A stretch of 64,000 bases of DNA from an uncultured Chloroflexia bacterium. GTDB taxonomy: Bacteria > Chloroflexota > Limnocylindria > Limnocylindrales > CSP1-4. Below, one piece after another: positions 1 to 9,310 of the stretch. The stretch covers positions 1 through 64,000 of the forward strand of contig CAVVYR010000027.1 of the NCBI GenBank assembly GCA_963752475.1, read 5' to 3'. How positions within the stretch are numbered: the first letter of the stretch is position 1; each line of letters begins with the position of its first letter. The translations under genes and the position numbers were made by a program. The notes beneath the pieces are model-generated. The model had not been told where the DNA came from. It did not search any database and worked only from the letters and a program-made list of their open reading frames with translations.

Positions 1-472
1 CCTGGTTCTGGCCGGCCGATGACAACAACATGCGCATCTTCAGCCTGGCCATGGGCTCACCGCCGATGCAGGCGCTCATCAAGCGGCGCAACTTCTTCGT
101 GACCACGCTGATGAAGCGGATGCTGCAGGCGGAGCTCAGCGCGGACGAGTTCGCTCACTACTCCGAAGTCGTGCCGACGCTGGAGTCACGCGCGGGCATC
201 GCAGAGTTCCCCGGCAGATCCGCGCCGCCCGGTCTTGGCTCACCGAGCTGGAGCAGCGAGTGAAGGCGACGTTGACCGACCGGCCGATCGTGTTGGTGCA
301 GGGCCAGAAGGACCCGGCCTTCGGCAGCCGGCGGAGCCTGGAACGCTGGCGCTCCACCTTCCCCGATCACCGTCTCGTGTTGCTCCCCGAGGCCGGCCAC
401 TACATCCAGGAAGATGCTCCCGAGCCCATCGTGGAGGCCATCATCGACCGGTTCGACACCGCCGACGGATAG
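1..472 (+). CDS. Alpha/beta hydrolase, haloalkane dehalogenase-like (5' partial, one frameshift)
   Basis: ORFs 30..263 and 260..472 join; C-terminal GQKDPAFG and LPEAGHYIQEDAPE catalytic-His motif. Confidence 0.7.
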
Positions 473-492
473 GTCGGCCGCCGACATGAGAA

Positions 493-525
493 ACCGGCGG
501 CCGAGTGGGGGACTCGACCGCCGGT
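493..525 (-). terminator. Hairpin terminator between convergent genes
   Basis: accggcggccgagt / actcgaccgccggt stem; followed by TTCT on the minus strand. Confidence 0.55.
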
Positions 526-555
526 CAGAGGAGGAGGACTGACTCAGAGGTGTCG

Positions 556-1895
556 CTAGCCGAGCGGCACCTGGTTGCGGAAGCCGTCCGCGTCCTCGAG
601 GCGACGCTTGACGGCGTTGACGAACTCGGCACCCATGGCGCCGTCCACGATGCGGTGGTCGGCGGTGAGGGTGATGCGCATCATCTTGCGGATGGCCATG
701 CCGCCCGCGTACGGACGGACCTCCTCGACGACGCTCGACACCGCGAGGATGCCGGCCTCGCCGGGGTTGATGATGGCCGTGAACTGCTCGACGCCGAACA
801 TGCCCATGTTGCTGACCGAGAAGGTCGAACCGCTCAGCAGGTCGAGCGCGAGCGAGCCGTCGCGGGCCGCGACGACCGTCTCGGCGGTCTTGTCGTGGAG
901 GCCCTTGACGCTGAGCATGTCGGCCTCGCGGATGACCGGCACCAGCAGGCCGTCGGGGACGGACACGGCCACACCGAGGTGGACGTGCTCGTGCTTCCAG
1001 ACCTTCACGCCGTCGGTCGAGGCGTTGAGCATGGGGAACTCGCCCAGTGCCTGGACCACGGCCACGTGGACGAAGTCGGTGACGCTGATCTTCGATCCGG
1101 CGGCCTTGAGCTGGGCTCGATAGGCGAACAGGTCGGTCATGTCGACGGCCTGCGTGACCGTGAAGGTGGGCACCGAGGTGTTCTCGGTCAGCCGCCTCGC
1201 GATGGTCTGGCGCATGCGGCTCATGGTCTCGCCCTCGCCCGCGATGTTGGTCGGTGCGGGCGGAGCGGGTGACCGGCGACCGGTGCGGCCGGGGCAGGGG
1301 AGGCGGGCGCCGGCGCGGCAGCGGCGGGCGCACTGGCCTGAGCGGCAGCGCCACCCTCGGCTGCGGCACGCACGTCACGCTCCACGATGCGACCGCCGGG
1401 GCCGGTGCCGTTGACCGAACGGGGGTCGACCCCGAGTTCTGCAGCGACGCGGCTGGCACGGGGGCTGATCTTCATCTTGCCGCCGGCTGTCGGAGCGGGC
1501 GCCGCGGCACGCTCCTGCATGGGCGGGGACTCGGGCGCGGACGGTGCCGCCGGCGCCTCGACAGCTGCAGGCGCTGCCGGAGCGGCCTCGGGCTCGGGTG
1601 CCGGAGCCGCCGCCGGTGCAGCGCCGCCCGCAGCCTCGGGCTCGGGCAGATCCTCGCCGGGCTTGCCGATCCAGGCCACGATCGACTCGACCGGCACCGT
1701 CGCCCCTTCGGGCGCATCGATGCGCAGCAGCGCGCCCTCGTCGAAGGCCTCGATCTCCATGTTCGACTTGTCGGTCTCGATCTCGAAGAGCGGGTCGCCC
1801 TTGGAGACCGTGTCGCCCTCGGCCTTGAACCACTGGAGCACGGTGCACTCCTCGGTCATCTGGCCGGGCATCGGCATGCGGATGGGAACGGCCAT
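556..1895 (-). CDS. Dihydrolipoamide acyltransferase E2 (frameshift near 1230-1300)
   Basis: Lipoyl domain ETDKSNMEI, Pro/Ala linker, E3-binding ISPRASRVA..GTGPGGRI, catalytic DHRIVDG; split over ORFs 1221..1895 and 556..1224. Confidence 0.9.
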
Positions 1896-4195
1896 CAGAT
1901 GAGCCCCTTCACAGCGTTGGCGATGTCGTCGGCGCCCGGCAGGAAGGCCGCCTCGAGACCCTCGGCCTGCGGGCTGATGCCGTTGGCGGCACCGATGCGC
2001 GCGACCGGCGCGTCGAGGTCATCGAAGGCCTCGTTGACCACGCGGGCCACGACCTCGTTGACATAGCTGCCCGAGAGGATGGCCTGCGCGGCCACCACAC
2101 ACCGACCGGTCTTGGCTACCGATGCCAGCACGGGCTCCATGTCCAGCGGCACCAGCGTGCGCAGGTCGATGACGTCGGCTTCGATGCCTTCGGCCGCGAG
2201 CTGCTCGGCGGCCTTGAGCGCATCGGGCACGGCCGGGCCCCAGGCCACGATGGTGGCATCGCCACCCTCGCGCACGACCGCGGACTTGCCCAGCGGGACC
2301 GTGTACTCACCGTCGGGCACCGGACCACGCGCGGCGTACAGGCCCTGGCTCTCGCAGAAGAGCACCGGGTCGTCGGAGCGGATGGCCGATTTGAGCATGC
2401 CCTTGGCATCCTCGGCGGTCGAGGGGTAAGCCACGACCAGGCCGGGCAGGTGCGTGAAGAGCGACTCGAGCGACTGGCTGTGCTGGCCGCCGTAGCCCTT
2501 GCCGGCACCGACCGAGCAGCGGATGACCATCGGGATGGTGGTCTGGCCGCCGCTCATGAAGTGCCACTTGCCGGCCTGGTTGGCGATCTGGTCTGACGCC
2601 ATCAGCGCGAAGTCCATGTACATGAGCTCGACCACCGGGCGAAGTCCGGCCATGGCCGCACCGACGCCGGTGCCGATGATGGCGGCCTCGGAGATGGGGG
2701 TGTTGAAGACGCGATCTCGGCCGAAGCGCTCCATCAGGCCCTTGCTGGCCTTGAAGGCGCCGCCGTAGTCGGCCACGTCCTCGCCGTAGAAGATGACTCG
2801 CTCGTCGCGCTCCATCTCCTCGATCATCGCCTCACGCAAGGCGTCCTTCTGGAGCATGCCCTTGTCGGTGACCTTGGGCTCGGGCGCGTCGTCGTAGAGG
2901 GTCGGGTTCGCGAACTCAGGGGGCACGGTCTCCGAGATGGTGCCCGCGTACATGTACTTGAGCACATCCTCGGGTGCGGGGTCGGTGGCCTTGCTCGCTC
3001 GGACCGCAGCAGCGGCGTTTCGCTCGGCAGCGGCCTTCTTGACCTCGGCCAGGCCGTCCTCGTCGAGGATGCCCTCGGCGATCAGCTGTGCGCCCAGGTT
3101 CTCGATGGGGTCGACCGCCTTCCAGGCCTCTTCCTCCTCCTTGGTCCGGTACTCGTTGCGCGGATCGGAGAGGGAGTGGCCGTAGTAGCGGTAGGTGGAG
3201 GCCTCGATGAGCACCGGGCCCTCGCCGTTGCGGCAGAGCTCGGTGGCGCGGTCGACCGCGTCACGCATCGCCAGCACGTCCATGCCGTTGACGACCTCGG
3301 CGTGCATGCCGTCCTCGGCGAAGCCGGCACCGCGGACCGCGAGAGCCTTGATGCCCATGACCTCGTCATCGGTACGGTGGGTCATGCCGTAGTGGTTGTT
3401 CTGGATGACGTAGATGACGGGGAGGCCATAGGCCTTGTCGCCCGCGAGGAAGTTCTTCCACTGGTACTGCGCAGCCCAGTTGAGCGACTCGAGCACGACG
3501 CCGTTGGCGTACGCGCCGTCGCCGGCGAAGCAGACCACGACGTCCTCGCTGCCCATGAAGCGCTTGGCCATGGCCGCGCCGGTGGCGATGGGCACCGACC
3601 CACCGACGATGGCGTTGGCGCCGAGGTGGCCGGTGCTGAAGTCACCGATATGCATGCCACCACCGCGGCCGGCGCAGTAGCCCTCGTCCTTGCCGAAGAG
3701 CTCGGCGATGATCCTGTAGATGTGCTCCTGCAAGGCATCCGCGAGAAGGCCCTCACGGTCTGTGGCCTTGGACCAGGGCGCGCGCTCCTTGAGCTGCTCG
3801 TCGGTCATCTGGCGGATGGCGCTGAAGCCCTTGGCCACCGCGTCGCCATGGCCGCGGTGGGAGCTGGTGATGCGGTCGCTGATGCCGAGCACCGAACTGG
3901 CGCCGACGGCGGTGCCCTCCTGGCCGATGGAGACGTGCGTGGGGCCGCGGTAGGCGAAACCCTGCAGCGGCTCGTAGCCACCCGACCGGAGGCGGACGAT
4001 CATCTCCTCGACCTCGCGGATCGCGAGCATGTCGTCGAGCAGGTCGATGGCCGCCTGGCCGTCAAGGTGATGGCTGCGGATCTCGTAGGCGAGGTCACCG
4101 CTGTACGCGAAGCCCTTGACCTCCGGCGGCTGGATGGTGAACGGCTCGAACTCCGGACGCATGTCCGACTTGTAGAGCGTGCGGGTTTCTGTCAT
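1895..4195 (-). CDS. Fused E1 alpha/beta 2-oxoacid (pyruvate/acetoin-type) dehydrogenase
   Basis: 766 aa; SHRGHG, GRGGGMH, TPP motif GDGA..NN, YRYYGHS, beta-domain GEDV..FNTPISE, QHSQ. Confidence 0.92.
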   Translation of the reverse strand: MTETRTLYKSDMRPEFEPFTIQPPEVKGFAYSGDLAYEIRSHHLDGQAAIDLLDDMLAIREVEEMIVRLRSGGYEPLQGFAYRGPTHVSIGQEGTAVGASSVLGISDRITSSHRGHGDAVAKGFSAIRQMTDEQLKERAPWSKATDREGLLADALQEHIYRIIAELFGKDEGYCAGRGGGMHIGDFSTGHLGANAIVGGSVPIATGAAMAKRFMGSEDVVVCFAGDGAYANGVVLESLNWAAQYQWKNFLAGDKAYGLPVIYVIQNNHYGMTHRTDDEVMGIKALAVRGAGFAEDGMHAEVVNGMDVLAMRDAVDRATELCRNGEGPVLIEASTYRYYGHSLSDPRNEYRTKEEEEAWKAVDPIENLGAQLIAEGILDEDGLAEVKKAAAERNAAAAVRASKATDPAPEDVLKYMYAGTISETVPPEFANPTLYDDAPEPKVTDKGMLQKDALREAMIEEMERDERVIFYGEDVADYGGAFKASKGLMERFGRDRVFNTPISEAAIIGTGVGAAMAGLRPVVELMYMDFALMASDQIANQAGKWHFMSGGQTTIPMVIRCSVGAGKGYGGQHSQSLESLFTHLPGLVVAYPSTAEDAKGMLKSAIRSDDPVLFCESQGLYAARGPVPDGEYTVPLGKSAVVREGGDATIVAWGPAVPDALKAAEQLAAEGIEADVIDLRTLVPLDMEPVLASVAKTGRCVVAAQAILSGSYVNEVVARVVNEAFDDLDAPVARIGAANGISPQAEGLEAAFLPGADDIANAVKGLI

Positions 4196-4204
4196 CGATC
4201 CTCC

Positions 4205-4996
4205 TCAGGCGACCAGGATGCGGACGCCGGCGTGCTCGAACGTGGCACTGGCCTCCTCGTCCAGCGCGACGTCGGTGATGACGACGTCGATCTGGTCGAG
4301 CCGGCCAGCCTTGGCGAATGAACGGGTGCCGAGCTTGGAGCCATCCACGAGGAGCACCGCCTCGCGCGAGCGCGCGAGCACGTACTCCTTGGTGAAGGCC
4401 TCGGCGGGGTCTGTCGTGGTCATGCCAGCGTCGAGCGAAAGGCTGAACGTGCCCACGAAGGCTTGGTCGAGATAGAGCTGATCGAGCACGGGCGTGCTCA
4501 GGGGTCCGACGAGCGCCTGGCTCAGGGCCCGCAGCTCACCGCCGATGACGATGAGGCGGGGCCCGGCGCCGGCAAGCTCGTTGATGGCGGGCAGGGAGTT
4601 GGTGACGATGGTGATGTCGGTGCGATGGGCCAGGAGCTTGGCCAGCTCGAGGCAGGTGGATCCGGCGTCGAGGTAGATCTTGGCGTCGGCCTCGACCATG
4701 GCGGCGGCATGCTCGGCGATGCGCTGCTTCTGGGCAGGGTTGGTGGCGGCCTTGGCCTCGAAGCGGGCCTCGATCGGGCTCTCGTCGATGGCGATGGCAC
4801 CGCCGTGGACGCGGCGCAGCTCACCTTCCTCCTCCAGCTCGTGGAGGTCACGGCGGATGGTGGCGGTCGACACGCCGAGCTCTTCCTTGAGATCCTCGAC
4901 GCGGACAGCATGACGTGACTTGACGATCTGCTTGACGCGCTCACGCCGCTCTGGCGCGAACGCGATGATGCTGCTGGGTCGCTCAGAATCGCTCAT
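4205..4996 (-). CDS. DeoR/GlpR family transcriptional regulator
   Basis: VSTATIRRDL..L..RRVHGGA HTH; DAGST and TNSL sensor motifs. Confidence 0.95.
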   Translation of the reverse strand: MSDSERPSSIIAFAPERRERVKQIVKSRHAVRVEDLKEELGVSTATIRRDLHELEEEGELRRVHGGAIAIDESPIEARFEAKAATNPAQKQRIAEHAAAMVEADAKIYLDAGSTCLELAKLLAHRTDITIVTNSLPAINELAGAGPRLIVIGGELRALSQALVGPLSTPVLDQLYLDQAFVGTFSLSLDAGMTTTDPAEAFTKEYVLARSREAVLLVDGSKLGTRSFAKAGRLDQIDVVITDVALDEEASATFEHAGVRILVA

Positions 4997-5010
4997 GAAT
5001 GACTACTATT

Positions 5011-5036
5011 CGAGCACAAACGAGCAGAAACGTCAA
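5011..5036 (-). promoter_or_regulatory. Putative DeoR operator (10-bp direct repeat) beside a TTGACG -35-like box
   Basis: cgagcacaaa cgagcagaaa tandem immediately upstream of the DeoR start. Confidence 0.45.
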
Positions 5037-5257
5037 CGTGCCGGGTGGCCCGTGGGTGGCATAGGCACCCTCCGGTGCCACACATCGGGTCACCGGGCAG
5101 ACCGCGCCGATCTCCAGGCCCGAGAGTCTCGCCTGCCGGGGTGACGTCCGGGCCATGGTGGAGAAGGGCGCTCGGCTGGAGAGTGGTGGCAATAGCAGGG
5201 TTCCGAGCGCACCGCGTCGTCGCTGTCGTCCTGGGCCCGACCATCGGGGGACAATCC

Positions 5258-6625
5258 ATGCGCGACCACGACCGCATCGTCATCCACAGTCTGGTGATCG
5301 GGCTCGTGCTTGCTCTCGTACTCGGCACGTTCACCGTGATTCCCGTGGCGGCTGACGATGACGAGCTCTTCGAGCGGGTGGACACGACGTATCGAGTGCT
5401 GCCCGACGAGGGTGTCGTCAGGGTCGATTCGTCGCTGCTCCTGACCAACAAGAGGAAGTCCACCACGAGCCGGGGACCCTGCAAGAACGGCCGGGGTACG
5501 TGCAAGTTCAAGAAGAGCTACTACTACTACGGCTGGAATGCCTGGTGGACACCCCTCGACGCGCTGAACCCCACGGTCAGCGGGCCCAAGGTGAAGGCGC
5601 AGTCGGCGATGGAGGTCGGTGGGGGCCTCGCCTACGGCATCACCTACCCCAAGCTCTGGAACAAGAAGGGCGCCAAGCAGAAGGCCTCGTTCTCCTTCGA
5701 CATCCCGGCCGGAACCGCCGCCAGCGGGGGCGACTCCGTGCGTATCGAGGATGGCTACGCGTACTTCTGCTACTGGGGCATGGCCGGCGACACTGGCACC
5801 ACGAGGGCCATCCTGCCGCCCGGCTGGAAACCCGTAGGACGCCGCGACGACGTCGTCATCGAGCACACGTCTGAGGGCGTGGTGCTCAGGGCGAAGACCA
5901 AGAAGGACCCCTTCGAGTTCAACCATTGCGTCGAGGCTGTCGACCCTGACCGGCTCGACCGGACCTTCGTCGCCGGCGAGGCTGGGAAGAGCCTCGTCGC
6001 CATCGAGTCGTGGCCGACCGACCCGGACTGGGCCGAGGGCATGAGGCAGGTCGCGGCCGAAGCCCTGCCCAACCTCGAGACGATGCTGGGCTCGACCATG
6101 CCTGGCGGCGAGCTGCGCGTGCGTGAGGTCGCGACACAGACCCGGCGCTTCACCTACGGCGATGACCGCCCGATCGACGGCCTTCTCGGGATGGATGAAG
6201 ACGCCGATGCTCGGATGCTGGCCGGTCGGATCGCTCGCAGGTGGATCGACCCGGCGCAGGTCGCGGACCGCTGGCTGGAGGAAGGACTGGTCCAGTGGCT
6301 CGCCACCCAGGCTGCCACCGACATCGCCTGTGGCGAAGCCGCAGAGCATCCCGGACCCGACGCGCCGGATCTCGACGCCTGGGTCGAGGTCACCTCCGGC
6401 GAGCTGGTCGAGCTTGGGAACTGGCAGAACGAGACGGCCTGCACGCTGGTGGAAACGGCTGCGGAGGTCGTCGGGCCTGCGCGCATGACCGAGCTGATCG
6501 TCGAGCTACTCGAGGCCCCGGTACCTGTGGGCACGAGCCACTGGCTGGCCGGCGTCTCGCGCGATCTGCCCGAGGGCCTGGACACGCTCATCGCTGCCCT
6601 CGACGCCGCCGGCGTCGATCACTAG
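5258..6625 (+). CDS. Secreted protein with degenerate M1/gluzincin-like C-terminal region
   Basis: Signal peptide ending VAA-DD; LAGRIARRW..WLEEGL aligns with the HExxH..WLxEG pattern; ATG at 5258 after ggggga. Confidence 0.6.
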   Translation: MRDHDRIVIHSLVIGLVLALVLGTFTVIPVAADDDELFERVDTTYRVLPDEGVVRVDSSLLLTNKRKSTTSRGPCKNGRGTCKFKKSYYYYGWNAWWTPLDALNPTVSGPKVKAQSAMEVGGGLAYGITYPKLWNKKGAKQKASFSFDIPAGTAASGGDSVRIEDGYAYFCYWGMAGDTGTTRAILPPGWKPVGRRDDVVIEHTSEGVVLRAKTKKDPFEFNHCVEAVDPDRLDRTFVAGEAGKSLVAIESWPTDPDWAEGMRQVAAEALPNLETMLGSTMPGGELRVREVATQTRRFTYGDDRPIDGLLGMDEDADARMLAGRIARRWIDPAQVADRWLEEGLVQWLATQAATDIACGEAAEHPGPDAPDLDAWVEVTSGELVELGNWQNETACTLVETAAEVVGPARMTELIVELLEAPVPVGTSHWLAGVSRDLPEGLDTLIAALDAAGVDH

Positions 6626-6656
6626 CTGAGCCGCACTTAGCTGAGCCGCACTAGCT
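6623..6656. repeat. Short tandem repeat tagctgagccgcac(t), about 2.3 copies
   Basis: Read directly from the sequence. Confidence 0.8.
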
Positions 6657-6840
6657 CCCGGACGTCATCCCACCCTGGCTGAACACGACACGCCGACGCG
6701 GGAAGTGCTCGGTTTCATCGCGCTCACGGCTGAGGGTGTCAGCGCGACCCCCGGGGAGGCTGAGATGCGACACCGCGGCTGCCGGCTCGTCAAGTTCAGC
6801 CATGTAGGAATGGGCTCGGCCGGCCCCGCCCCGCTCGGCG
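6640..6840 (+). ncRNA. Rod-shaped structured RNA candidate (6S-RNA-like)
   Basis: Nested complementary blocks 6676-84/6794-802, 6697-701/6773-77, 6708-16/6756-64 (G-U pairs on +), 6719-24/6741-46. Confidence 0.35.
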
Positions 6841-6855
6841 AGACGCCCACGAAGT

Positions 6856-6925
6856 AGCGGCGCCCGAAGGGGGCCGGGCACCGCTTGGAGGAGTATGCCG
6901 TTCCTGGGGCGCAGACGCCCCGGGA
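6856..6925 (-). terminator. Two hairpins downstream of the C1 operon
   Basis: agcggcgcccg/cgggcaccgct and tcctggggcg/cgccccggga stems. Confidence 0.5.
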
Positions 6926-6930
6926 GTGAT

Positions 6931-7557
6931 CTAGCTCAGCAGGTCCTGGGCCACGACCGCGGCGGTGGCGGCATCCTTGGCGAAGCCGTCGGCCCCGATC
7001 TCGGCCGCGAACTCGTCGGTCACCGGCGCGCCGCCCACGAGGATCTTGGCCTTGGGGTCGGCCGCGCGCACGGCCTCGACGGCCGCCTTCATGCCCACCA
7101 TCGTGGTCGTCAGCAGGGCGCTGATGCCGACCACGTCGGCCTTGTGCTCCTTGACGCCCTCGGCGAAGGCCTCGGGGGCCACGTTGGTGCCAAGGTCGAC
7201 GATGGCGAAGTTGGCGCCCTTGAGCATCATGCCCACGAGGTTCTTGCCGATGTCGTGGAGGTCGCCCTGGACGGTGCCGATGACCGCGGTGTGGGCGGGC
7301 TTCACGCCCGAGGCCGCGAGCAGCGGCTCGATGAGCGCGGTGGCTTCCTTCATGGCGTGGGCGGCGATGAGCATCTCGGGCACGTACACGCCCTCGTTGC
7401 AGGCGAACTTGCGTCCCACCTCGGTCATGGCCTCGGTCATCGAGTCGAGGATCTCGCCGGGCGGAACGCCCTCGTCGACGGCGGCCTGCGTGAGGCTCAC
7501 GGCCTCAGCACGGTTGCCCGCCTCCACGGCGGCGGTCAGAGCGGAAAGGTCGGCCAT
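6931..7557 (-). CDS. Methyltransferase corrinoid (B12-binding) protein, copy 1
   Basis: Cap domain YVPEMLIAA plus GDLHDIGKNLV, SALLTTT, GGAP motifs. Confidence 0.95.
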   Translation of the reverse strand: MADLSALTAAVEAGNRAEAVSLTQAAVDEGVPPGEILDSMTEAMTEVGRKFACNEGVYVPEMLIAAHAMKEATALIEPLLAASGVKPAHTAVIGTVQGDLHDIGKNLVGMMLKGANFAIVDLGTNVAPEAFAEGVKEHKADVVGISALLTTTMVGMKAAVEAVRAADPKAKILVGGAPVTDEFAAEIGADGFAKDAATAAVVAQDLLS

Positions 7558-7590
7558 CTTCTGGTCCCTCCTCCTACAGATGATGGTCGG

Positions 7591-9294
7591 CTAGAACAGG
7601 CCGACCGGCTTGCCGTTCTCGTCGATGTCGACGTTGTTCCCGGCGGGCTGGCTGGGCAGGCCTGGCATGGTACGCATGTCGCCTGCGAGTGGATAGATGA
7701 ATCCTGCACCTGCCGCCAGTTTGACGTCTCTGATCGGGACGCGGAAGCCGGTCGGGCGGCCCAGGAGCGTGGGGTCATGTGAGATCGACAGGTGCGTCTT
7801 GGCCATACACACCGGCAACTCACTGTAGCCGAGCTGATCGTACAGGGCCAGCGCCTTGGTGGCCGCCGGGGCGAGATCCACGCCGTCGGCACCGTAGGCC
7901 TTGACCGCGATGGTCTCGATCTTCTCGGGCAGCGACATGTCGTCGGGGTACAGCAGCTGGAAGTCGGACTCCTCTTCGCAGGCATCCCAGACTGCCGCCG
8001 CGAGGGCTTCGGAGCCTGCGCCACCATCGGCCCAGTGAGTGGTCACGACGGCGTCGCGAGCGCCGGCCGCGAGGGCCACCTCGCGGATGGCCTCGAACTC
8101 CGACTCGGCATCGCCAGGGAAGGCGTTGATGGCCACGACCACGGGAACGCCGTAGCCTCGCACCATCTCGATGTGCGCGGCAAGGTTCTCGCCACCGACC
8201 CGCACGGCCTCTGGGTTCTCCTCGAGGAGCGCTGGGTCGAGCGGCTTGCCGGCCACGATCCTGCCCACGCCGCCGTGCATCTTCAGGGCCCGGACGGTGG
8301 CCACGACGACAGCGCAGTCGGGCGCCATGCCCGACGCGCGGCACTTGATGTCGAAGAACTTCTGGGCGCCCATGTCGGCGCCGAAGCCAGCCTCGGTGAC
8401 GACGATGTCGGAGGTGGCCAGGGCCACGCGGTCGGCCAGGATGGAGCTGTTGCCGTGAGCGATGTTGGCGAAGGGCCCGGCATGGACGAAAGCCGGTCCA
8501 CCCTCGAGGGTCTGCAGCAGGTTGGGCTTGATGGCGTCGAGCAGGAGCACGGTCATGGCGCCTGCGACCTGCAGGTCCTCTGCGGTCACAGCCGAGCCAT
8601 TGCGGTCGGTGGCCATGACGATGCGTCCCAGCCGCGCCCGCAGGTCGAAGACGTCGGTGGCCAGCGCGAGGATAGCCATGACCTCCGAGGCCACGGTGAT
8701 GACGAACTCGCTCTCGCGGGGCACACCGTTGATCTTGCCGCCGAGGCCGATGTTGACCTTGCGCAGGGCGCGGTCGCTGATGTCGACGACGCGGGGCCAG
8801 CGGATGGAGAAGGGGTCGATGTCGAGCGGGTTGCCGTGGTGCAGGCTGTTGTCGAGGAAGGCGGACGCGAGGTTGTGGGCGGCACCGATGGCGTGCACGT
8901 CACCGGTGAGGTGGAGGTTGAAGTCCTCCATCGGGATGACCTGGCTGTAGCCGCCGCCGGCCGCGCCGCCCTTGATGCCGAAGACCGGCCCCAGCGACGG
9001 CTGGCGGATGGCCACCGCGGCCTTGTGACCGATGCGGTTGAGGCCCTGCACCACGCCCACGGTGGTGGTCGTCTTGCCCTCACCCAGCGGGGTCGGCGTG
9101 ATGGCGGTCATGACCACGTACTTGCCGCGCGGGTTCTCCTGCTCGACACGCTCGAGGCCCTCGAGCGTGACCTTGGCCTTGGTCGTGCCGTAGGACTCGA
9201 TCTCATCGGGGCGCAGGCCGAGCTCGGCGGCGACGTCGGCGATCGGCCGCGGTGTCACCGAACGGGTGATGTCGAGGTCGGTCATGGCGGTCAT
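7591..9294 (-). CDS. fhs: Formate--tetrahydrofolate ligase
   Basis: TPTPLGEGKTTT, GIKGGAAGGGYSQV, HAGPFANIAHG, TMPGL signatures. Confidence 0.97.
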   Translation of the reverse strand: MTAMTDLDITRSVTPRPIADVAAELGLRPDEIESYGTTKAKVTLEGLERVEQENPRGKYVVMTAITPTPLGEGKTTTTVGVVQGLNRIGHKAAVAIRQPSLGPVFGIKGGAAGGGYSQVIPMEDFNLHLTGDVHAIGAAHNLASAFLDNSLHHGNPLDIDPFSIRWPRVVDISDRALRKVNIGLGGKINGVPRESEFVITVASEVMAILALATDVFDLRARLGRIVMATDRNGSAVTAEDLQVAGAMTVLLLDAIKPNLLQTLEGGPAFVHAGPFANIAHGNSSILADRVALATSDIVVTEAGFGADMGAQKFFDIKCRASGMAPDCAVVVATVRALKMHGGVGRIVAGKPLDPALLEENPEAVRVGGENLAAHIEMVRGYGVPVVVAINAFPGDAESEFEAIREVALAAGARDAVVTTHWADGGAGSEALAAAVWDACEEESDFQLLYPDDMSLPEKIETIAVKAYGADGVDLAPAATKALALYDQLGYSELPVCMAKTHLSISHDPTLLGRPTGFRVPIRDVKLAAGAGFIYPLAGDMRTMPGLPSQPAGNNVDIDENGKPVGLF

Positions 9295-9310
9295 CGGGTG
9301 TTCTCCTGGG

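Noticed and set aside
1221-1300. Naturally split E2 or programmed frameshift
   Set aside because: The break lies in a GC-rich low-complexity linker and similar indels occur throughout; sequencing error is more likely.
6623-6656. Tandem repeat as a CRISPR remnant
   Set aside because: Units are 14-15 bp with no spacers and no cas genes; likely slippage.
6700-6810. TPP riboswitch (two GCTGAG motifs)
   Set aside because: No GAACCTGATC or CGTAGGGA core, and no downstream thiamine gene.
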